Of a DNA stretch of 64,000 nt, positions 57,602-64,000 are shown piece by piece. Each line of letters opens with the position of its first letter. The first letter of the stretch is position 1. The DNA is from an uncultured delta proteobacterium (lineage in GTDB: Bacteria; Myxococcota; Myxococcia; Myxococcales; Myxococcaceae), in the NCBI GenBank assembly GCA_963796055.1, contig CAWCKH010000001.1, positions 285,642 to 349,641 of the forward strand, written 5' to 3'. A model generated the notes under the pieces. The model was not told the DNA's origin. It searched no databases and saw nothing but the letters and a program-made list of their open reading frames with translations. The position numbers were made by a program, and so were the translations under genes.

Positions 57602-58869
57602 GTCTCCTCCGGTACCAGGGTCACCACCGAGCGCTGGGTGGGGTCGAGCCAGCGGCGGGCGGCGGCCTGCACCCTGGCGGCGTCGATGCGCCCGTACGCC
57701 TCGGACAGGCCAAAGCCGTGCTCCCAGCTTCCCAGGAAGAGCTCGTAGGTTCCGAGCCCGTGGGCCCGGCCGGAGTTGGAGGTGAACTCGCGGAGCAGGT
57801 GCGCCCGGAGATTGTTCCGTGCCTTCTCCACCTCCCGGGGCTCGACCCCGGAGTCGGCGATCCGGCGCAGCTCGGCGTAGAGCGCCTCCTCGGCGGCGCG
57901 CACGTCCGCGTCGGGCTGCAGCTCGAGGTGGAGGACGAAGAGCCCCGGATCTCGCCTCCAGCTCCAGTCGACCCCCACGTTGACCGCGAGCCGCTTGCCG
58001 TAGACCAGCGCCCGCTGGAGCCGGCTGCCCTCCCCCACCCCGAGGATGAACTGCAGCACGTCCAGGGTGAGGGTGTCCGGGTCGGTCACCTTCGGCCCCC
58101 GGTAGGCGACCAGCAACGACGGCGCGCGCGAGGGGTAGCGCAGCTCGGCCCGGCGCTCCCCTCGCTGCGGTGGCTCGGCGTTCACGATGCCCGGCAGCGG
58201 GGGCCCCCTGGGGATGTCGCCGTAGGCCTTGCGGATGCGCGTGAGCAGCGCGTCGGGCTCGAAATCCCCCGACACCCAGAGCGTGGCGTTGTTGGGCGCG
58301 TAGAAGGTGCGGAAGTACGCCTCGCAGTCCTCGCGGCGGATGGCCTCGATGTCCGCCATCCAGCCGATGACCGGCCACCGGTAAGAGTGCGCCTGGTAGA
58401 CCAGCGCGTGCAGCGCCTCGTCCATGAGGCCCGCCGGCTCGTTGTCCACCCGGAGCCGGCGCTCCTCCTTCACCACCTCGCGCTCGCTCCGCAGCGAGCG
58501 GTCGTCGATGGTCAGCGAGCGCATCCGGTCCGACTCGAGGTCGAGCACCGTATCCAGCGCCTCGGCGGCGAAGTCCTCGTAGTACACCGTGGCGTCGTGG
58601 GTGGTGTAGGCGTTGGATCGGCCGCCGCTGGACTCGAGGACCTCGTCGAACTTCTTGGGGCCGTACTTCTCCGCCCCGTTGAACATCATGTGCTCGAAGA
58701 GGTGGCTGATGCCGGTGATGCCCGGCCGCTCGTTGCGCGAGCCCACCTGGAAGAAGGTGTAGAAACTCACCACCGGGGCGTCGTGGTCCGGCAGCATCCG
58801 GACACGCAGCCCGTTGGAGAGGCGGGCCTCGTGGACGGGGAAGAGGTCAGTCTTTTGGCGAGGGCTCAC
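57598..58869 (-). CDS. M16 (pitrilysin-family) zinc peptidase, catalytic subunit
   Basis: GSRNE..G.TGISHLFEHMMF (HxxEH), NAYT, EREVVKEERR. Confidence 0.9.
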   Translation of the reverse strand: MSPRQKTDLFPVHEARLSNGLRVRMLPDHDAPVVSFYTFFQVGSRNERPGITGISHLFEHMMFNGAEKYGPKKFDEVLESSGGRSNAYTTHDATVYYEDFAAEALDTVLDLESDRMRSLTIDDRSLRSEREVVKEERRLRVDNEPAGLMDEALHALVYQAHSYRWPVIGWMADIEAIRREDCEAYFRTFYAPNNATLWVSGDFEPDALLTRIRKAYGDIPRGPPLPGIVNAEPPQRGERRAELRYPSRAPSLLVAYRGPKVTDPDTLTLDVLQFILGVGEGSRLQRALVYGKRLAVNVGVDWSWRRDPGLFVLHLELQPDADVRAAEEALYAELRRIADSGVEPREVEKARNNLRAHLLREFTSNSGRAHGLGTYELFLGSWEHGFGLSEAYGRIDAARVQAAARRWLDPTQRSVVTLVPEET

Positions 58870-59185
58870 GGGGAGGGGCCTGCATACCGCCCCCCCGGCG
58901 CCTTCGCACCGACTTCGCGCGACCGCCCCGCACCGCGGCGAACACGAAGCCACACCAGACGCACTCCGCCCCCCGTGGCCCCGGGGGGAGCTCCAGAAGG
59001 CACCCAGGACAGCGCTCGGCCGTGGACGGGGGGCTGGTGGGCTGGGTCCCCCGGGACGCCCGCCGGCGCGCGGGCCTGTGGGCCAGCTGCCGCTCCAGGG
59101 TGCGCAGCCGGTCCTCCAGCTCGGCGATGCGATCGAGGAGCGCGCTGTCCTCGATCCGACTCGCCCGGGCGCGCGCGTTCACCAC
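58847..59185 (-). CDS. Small hypothetical protein: coiled coil plus CxxC...CxxC zinc ribbon
   Basis: LLDRIAELEDRLRTLE, CPGC...CVWCGF; fills the gap upstream of the M16 pair. Confidence 0.5.
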   Translation of the reverse strand: MVNARARASRIEDSALLDRIAELEDRLRTLERQLAHRPARRRASRGTQPTSPPSTAERCPGCLLELPPGPRGAECVWCGFVFAAVRGGRAKSVRRRRGGGMQAPPREPSPKD

Positions 59186-59252
59186 CCGCGCTACGCTGCC
59201 AGCCAGGACGCCCTCCCGCAAGAAACCGGACTTCCCGGGCACCCCACCACCG

Positions 59253-60932
59253 ATGCTCCGCCGCGACCGTCTGCCCACCCTTCCCGACCAGCCGCTCCAC
59301 GGTGGCATCCACACCCGTCCGTCCCAGCCGGAGGCGGTCCGTGCCCTGGAGGAGGCGCAGCGGGTCCTCTCGGATGCGGAACTCGCCCGCCTGCTCGACG
59401 GGGCGGCGAGGATGCCGGTCGAGCGCGCCCGCCAGGTGTTCGTGAACCGCAATCTCCGGATGGGGAACGTGGAGATGGTGGGGTTCGACATGGACTACAC
59501 CCTGGCCATCTACCACCTGCGACGGATCGAGCAGCTGTCGTTCGACCTGACCCTGTCGCGGCTGGTGACCGACTTCGGCTACCCGCCGGAGCTGGGGCTG
59601 CTCCAGTACGACCACGGCTTCGTGATGCGCGGCCTGGTGGTGGACCGGTCGCACGGCAACCTCATCAAGATGGACCGGTTCGGGAGCGTGGGGCGCGCCT
59701 ACCACGGGCTGTCGCCGCTGCCGCCGGACGTCTGCCACAAGCTGTACCGGAACCAGCGCATCCAGCTGACGAGCGAGCGGTACGCGTGGATCGACACGCT
59801 GTTCTCCCTGCCCGAGGCCTGGCTCTATGCGGCGATCATCGACCTGCTCGAGCGGCTGGGCCGCACCGTCGAGTACGCCCGCCTCTACGACGACGTGCGC
59901 GATTCGATCGACGCGGTCCATCGGGACGACTCGCTGAAGCGCGAGGTGCGCAAGGACATCGGGCGGTACATCTTCCGCGACCCGGAGCTGGGCCCGGCGC
60001 TGCACAAGCTGCGCTCGGGCGGGAAGAAGCTCTTTCTCTTGACCAACTCGCTCTGGGACTACACCGACGTCGTCATGTCGTTCCTGCTGGACGGGGTGGT
60101 GAGCGAGTACCCGTCGTGGCGGAACTACTTCGACGTGGTGATCACCGGGGCGAGCAAGCCGGCGTTCTTCACCGAGGCGCGGCCGTTTCTGGAGATCGAC
60201 GCGAGCACCCGGGAGAACACGGTGCTCGGCGAGGCCAAGGCGCTCGAGCGGTGGAAGGTGTACCAGGGCGGGAATCTCCCGGCGCTGGAGCGGATGACCG
60301 GCATCGGCGGGGAGAAGGTGCTGTACGTCGGGGATCACATCTACGGCGACATCCTGCGCTCGCGGAAGGCGTCGCTGTGGCGGACCTCGATGATCGTCCA
60401 GGAGCTGGAGGACGAGATCCGCTACACCGAGGGGCGGGCGGAGGAGATCGTCCGGCTGGGGGAGATCGAGCTGCTCCTGGCCCGGCTCGACGACGAGCTG
60501 AGCGTCCGCAAGGGCATCCTGAATGCGCTCGACCGGCAGCTGGACCGCAATGGCAGCGGCGTCGGCGACCGCGAGCGGGCCCTGCTGGAGGAGGAGCGGC
60601 GCCGGGCGAAGTCGGATCTGGAGAAGCTGCGGCGGGCGCTGCGGACCTGTACCGAGATCGCCGACGTGCTGGAGCGGGACATCGAGCTCGGGTTCAACCC
60701 CTACTGGGGGCTGATGTTCAAGGAGGGGAACGAGAACAGCCGCTTCGGCTCGCAGGTGGAGCAGTACGCCTGTCTGTACACGTCGCGAGTCAGCAACTTC
60801 CTCTACGTCTCGCCGATGCAGCACTTCCGGGCTCAGCGGGACCGGATGCCGCACGAGTGGGCCGGCGCGCCGACGGGACGGCTGTCGCCGCTGGGGAGCG
60901 AGGGGCCGCCGAAGGGCGCGCAGCGCGGGTGA
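59253..60932 (+). CDS. HAD-IG family 5'-nucleotidase
   Basis: VFVNR, GFDMDYTLA.Y, LFLLTNS, KPAFF, YVGDHIYGDI, YACLYTSRVSN. Confidence 0.92.
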   Translation: MLRRDRLPTLPDQPLHGGIHTRPSQPEAVRALEEAQRVLSDAELARLLDGAARMPVERARQVFVNRNLRMGNVEMVGFDMDYTLAIYHLRRIEQLSFDLTLSRLVTDFGYPPELGLLQYDHGFVMRGLVVDRSHGNLIKMDRFGSVGRAYHGLSPLPPDVCHKLYRNQRIQLTSERYAWIDTLFSLPEAWLYAAIIDLLERLGRTVEYARLYDDVRDSIDAVHRDDSLKREVRKDIGRYIFRDPELGPALHKLRSGGKKLFLLTNSLWDYTDVVMSFLLDGVVSEYPSWRNYFDVVITGASKPAFFTEARPFLEIDASTRENTVLGEAKALERWKVYQGGNLPALERMTGIGGEKVLYVGDHIYGDILRSRKASLWRTSMIVQELEDEIRYTEGRAEEIVRLGEIELLLARLDDELSVRKGILNALDRQLDRNGSGVGDRERALLEEERRRAKSDLEKLRRALRTCTEIADVLERDIELGFNPYWGLMFKEGNENSRFGSQVEQYACLYTSRVSNFLYVSPMQHFRAQRDRMPHEWAGAPTGRLSPLGSEGPPKGAQRG

Positions 60933-60996
60933 CGCTCGAAACGTCTGGCGCGAGGGTGCCGGGCGCGCTAGCCGTCGGTTTCCCGGGAGGGACTCG

Positions 60997-62406
60997 ATGG
61001 CTCGATCCGCGGGACTCGTCTTGCTGCTGCTCGCGCGAGGTTCGCTCGCCGAACCGCCTCCGCCGACCGAGTCGGAGCAGCGGGTCCAGCGCGAGGCGCG
61101 CCGGCTGCTCGCTCAGCTCGTCGGGGTCGAGACGGTGGCCGCCAACGAGAGCCGCGCACTCGGGCCCGTCGCCGAGCACCTCCGGAAGAGCGGCATTCCC
61201 GCCCAGATTCTCGAGTCGGCCCCCGGTCGCGGCAACCTCGTCGCCCGGGTGAAAGGCAACGGGAGCAAGCGCCCTCTCCTGCTGCTCGCGCACGTGGACG
61301 TGGTCCCCGTCGCCGGTCAGGCCTGGACGGTGCCACCGTTCAAGCTCACCGAGAAGGACGGGTATCTGTACGGCCGCGGGGTGAACGACGACAAGGGCAT
61401 GGCCGCGGCCATCGTGGCCATCGCGGTGGAGGCCCGGAAGGCGCCGAAGCCCCTGTCGCGGGACCTGATCATCGCCCTGACCGCCGGCGAGGAGACGGGC
61501 GGCTTCGCTGGCGTGGGCTGGCTGGTCGACCACCACCCGGAGCTCCTGGAGGCGGAGCTGGGGCTGAACGAGGGCAGCGGCGGGGGGATGACCCTCTCCG
61601 ACGACCTGTCGCGCGTGGTGGAGGTGGACATCGGGCTCGGACAGAAGCGCTACCAGAGCTTCCGGGTGAGTGCGCAGGGACGTGGCGGCCACTCGTCCAC
61701 GCCGAGGGTCGATCTCAATCCGATCTACCCGCTGGCGATGGCGCTGGAGCGCGTCGGGCGGTTCCAGTTCCCTCCCCGGGTGCTGCCGGCGACCCGGTCC
61801 GGGATTGCAGCCCTCGCCAAGCTGGAGAAACCGCCGCTCGCCGATGCGCTTCGTCGCACCGCCGAGACCGGAGCGGTCTCCCAGGCCGACGAACCCATTC
61901 TGGCGAAGGACGCGATCGCCAACGCGTTCGTCCGGACGACCTGCATCGCCACGATGCTCCAGGGCTCGAACCAGGAGAACGTCCTGCCAGTGTCGGCCGA
62001 GGCCACGGTCCAGTGTCGGCTGCTGCCCGGGGACACGGTCGACGGTGTTCGGGAGGCGCTGGTGAAGGCAGTGGGCGACGCGAAGGTGGAGATCACCGCG
62101 ACGAAAGACTGGGGCCCGGCGACCACCGCGCCTGCCGAGGGCCTGGTACCGGACGCGATCCGACGCGTCAGCCGCGCCTACTGGCCGGAGGTGCCGATCG
62201 TCGAGGGCTTCGGGTTCGGGGCGAACGACGGGCGCTACGTCGGGGCGCGCGGCACCTTGGTCTACGGGATCCACTCCAACCCCACCAGCATCGAGGACGG
62301 TCGGCTGGGGTTCGACGCCCACGGACCGGACGAGCGCGTCTCGGCGCGCTGGTACGGGGCCGGCGTGCGCTGGCTCAACGCCGTCGTCCTGGAGCTCGCG
62401 CGCTAG
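60997..62406 (+). CDS. M20/M25/M40 family metallo-hydrolase (exported)
   Basis: AHVDVVP, YGRGVNDDKG, GEE, GGHSS, HGPDER. Confidence 0.9.
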   Translation: MARSAGLVLLLLARGSLAEPPPPTESEQRVQREARRLLAQLVGVETVAANESRALGPVAEHLRKSGIPAQILESAPGRGNLVARVKGNGSKRPLLLLAHVDVVPVAGQAWTVPPFKLTEKDGYLYGRGVNDDKGMAAAIVAIAVEARKAPKPLSRDLIIALTAGEETGGFAGVGWLVDHHPELLEAELGLNEGSGGGMTLSDDLSRVVEVDIGLGQKRYQSFRVSAQGRGGHSSTPRVDLNPIYPLAMALERVGRFQFPPRVLPATRSGIAALAKLEKPPLADALRRTAETGAVSQADEPILAKDAIANAFVRTTCIATMLQGSNQENVLPVSAEATVQCRLLPGDTVDGVREALVKAVGDAKVEITATKDWGPATTAPAEGLVPDAIRRVSRAYWPEVPIVEGFGFGANDGRYVGARGTLVYGIHSNPTSIEDGRLGFDAHGPDERVSARWYGAGVRWLNAVVLELAR

Positions 62407-64000
62407 GAGCCTGTAGGGCGTAGCCGCTCTCGTTGGCGCGGGCGCCGTCGGTGGCTGACTGGCGGCCCGTCGGCGCTACGCGGGCATGAGTGCCGGGAGC
62501 CAGGCCTCCCGGAAGAGCTTCAGGAGGTTGTGGGTGAGGCAAACGAGGCCCCACTCGCCCGCTGCCTTCTGCCTGCCCCGCATCGAGAGGCGACGGAAGC
62601 CGCGGACTGCCTTCATCTGCCCGAAGACAGGCTCGACGATGGCCTTCCGGCGCGCGTACACGGCTCTGCCCTCCTCCGACTCGAGCTTCAGCCGCATCGC
62701 GTCCTTCGCCGGAGTCGTTCGTGGGTCGGTGATGCGCCCGTCGTGCGCGTCGCGACCGACGGAGATGTAGGCCGAGATGCCCAAGGAGTCGCACGCCGCG
62801 ACGTTCTCCGCCGAGAAGTAGCCCGAATCCGCAGAGGCCTTCTCCGGTGACGCCCCGCAGTTGGCGACAGCGGCCCTCAGCAGTGGCTCGAGGTACTCGA
62901 CGTCGGGCGGCTGGTTGGACAGGCCGTGCGCGAGAATGACTTGGTGGGCTTCGTCCACCACGACTTGGGCGTTGTATGCCTGCAGAAAGCTGCCGTTCTT
63001 CTCCATGATGCGGCTGTCGGGGTCGGTGAAGTTCCGCTGTGCCTTCGACTTCGGAGTGCCGTCGACGTGAGCCCTCACCCGATGGGTGGGTAGGCCGGTG
63101 GCACCGCCTGAGGGCGGGTCGTCATCGTCGTCCTTTCGTCCGCCGTCGAGCAGGTCCGCTTGAGCGGCGCTCCGCTTGGCGAGGGTGGCTGCTGTCTTGC
63201 GCTGGCGGGCGGGTAGTTGGGCGTTCAGCGCGTCCGCCTCGAGCCCCTCGGCGTTCTCTCGAAGTCTCCGGGCCCGTGCTGCGCGGGCCTCCTCTTCGAG
63301 CGCTGCCTTGGCCTGCCGAATGCGCTCGAGCCGCGTCTCGCGACGCTGCAACTCGGCCGGCAAGTCGTCGGGGGCAATGCCTCTGCCGTAGCGGGCGTCC
63401 TCGGCTTCGTCCACCGCGTCGGCTTGGGTGAGCAGGCTCTCCACTTCTCCTCGCAGCCGCGTCTCGTCCTTCTTCATCCGCTCGTAGCTCATCGCCTTGT
63501 GCTTGCTCGCATTGGCCAGCAGCTTCGTCCCGTCCAGCGCCACGTGTCCCAGCTTCACCAACCCGGCTCGACGGCAGAGCTCCAGCACCTGCACGAAGAG
63601 GCCGGCGATGGCCGTCCGGTGCACCAGCCGGAATTGGTTGATGGTGGTGAAGTGCGGATGCTCTTCCCCCGCCAGCACCCGAAGCGCCACGTCCTCGTAC
63701 GTCCCGCGCGCCAGCCTCCGCGAGGAAAACAGGCCCACGCAGTAGCCGTACATGAGCAGCCCCAGCAACATCCGCGGCGAGTACGGGCGCTCCCCACGCG
63801 GGTCCTTCTGGGAAATGGCTCGCTCGATGGCGGCGACGTCGAGCTGGTCCACCACCTCGAGCACGAAATAGGCGAGGTGCCCCTCCGGGAGCCAGTCCGC
63901 CGGCGACGGCGGGAGCAGGTACGACTGCAGCGGCGCCCACGGGCGGCAGGTCTTCATGCCGCCCAGCGGATCACGCCGCCCTGACCTCTACGCCCTACAG
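62407..64000 (-). mobile_element. IS1182-family insertion sequence (right end cut by the window edge)
   Basis: Inverted ends GAGCCTGTAGGGCGTAG (62407-62423) and CTACGCCCTACAG (63988-64000) flank the transposase. Confidence 0.88.
62476..63957 (-). CDS. IS1182-family transposase
   Basis: LLPPS..DWLPEGHLAYF, YGY..G.FSSRRL, LDGTK..ANASKHKAMSY, TDPDSRIM, ADSGY, YARRKAIVEPVFG. Confidence 0.92.
   Translation of the reverse strand: MKTCRPWAPLQSYLLPPSPADWLPEGHLAYFVLEVVDQLDVAAIERAISQKDPRGERPYSPRMLLGLLMYGYCVGLFSSRRLARGTYEDVALRVLAGEEHPHFTTINQFRLVHRTAIAGLFVQVLELCRRAGLVKLGHVALDGTKLLANASKHKAMSYERMKKDETRLRGEVESLLTQADAVDEAEDARYGRGIAPDDLPAELQRRETRLERIRQAKAALEEEARAARARRLRENAEGLEADALNAQLPARQRKTAATLAKRSAAQADLLDGGRKDDDDDPPSGGATGLPTHRVRAHVDGTPKSKAQRNFTDPDSRIMEKNGSFLQAYNAQVVVDEAHQVILAHGLSNQPPDVEYLEPLLRAAVANCGASPEKASADSGYFSAENVAACDSLGISAYISVGRDAHDGRITDPRTTPAKDAMRLKLESEEGRAVYARRKAIVEPVFGQMKAVRGFRRLSMRGRQKAAGEWGLVCLTHNLLKLFREAWLPALMPA

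Overview
A very GC-rich bacterial window whose gene content points to Myxococcota (Myxococcaceae/Anaeromyxobacter-like); this taxonomy is inferred, not demonstrated. It has four parts. (1) 1-5.3 kb is metabolic: the end of an NAD-dependent epimerase, a bCerS-like GNAT, a class I aldolase, a HemG-like flavodoxin and a phytoene-dehydrogenase-like oxidoreductase. (2) About 5.3-12.1 kb is a decayed island ending at tRNA-Ala(GGC), with VIT1, ClC-CBS, MarR, an internally deleted FAD monooxygenase and an integrase remnant. A LytS/LytTR pair and an ECF sigma cassette follow it. (3) About 18.3-40.3 kb is the main feature: a cytochrome island with about 80 heme-c motifs by manual count, ending at tRNA-Leu(CAA). 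It appears to encode a whole quinol-to-surface electron-transfer chain: adjacent ImcH-like and CbcL-like inner-membrane cytochromes, a Rieske/cytochrome b/9-heme module, three tandem monoheme cytochromes (one lacking the axial-Met motif), a porin with two 13-heme cytochromes, and two OmcA/MtrC-type decaheme lipoproteins. Two of these genes are split by single-base frameshifts at or near G/C homopolymers. (4) 40.5-64 kb is largely housekeeping: REC-GGDEF, miaA, hisS, psd, a PfkB kinase, mlaEFD, alr, RluA, an M16 peptidase pair, a 5'-nucleotidase and an M20 peptidase. It also holds an 84-bp MITE-like hairpin and a terminal IS1182. All family assignments come from motif recognition by eye; no database searches were run.
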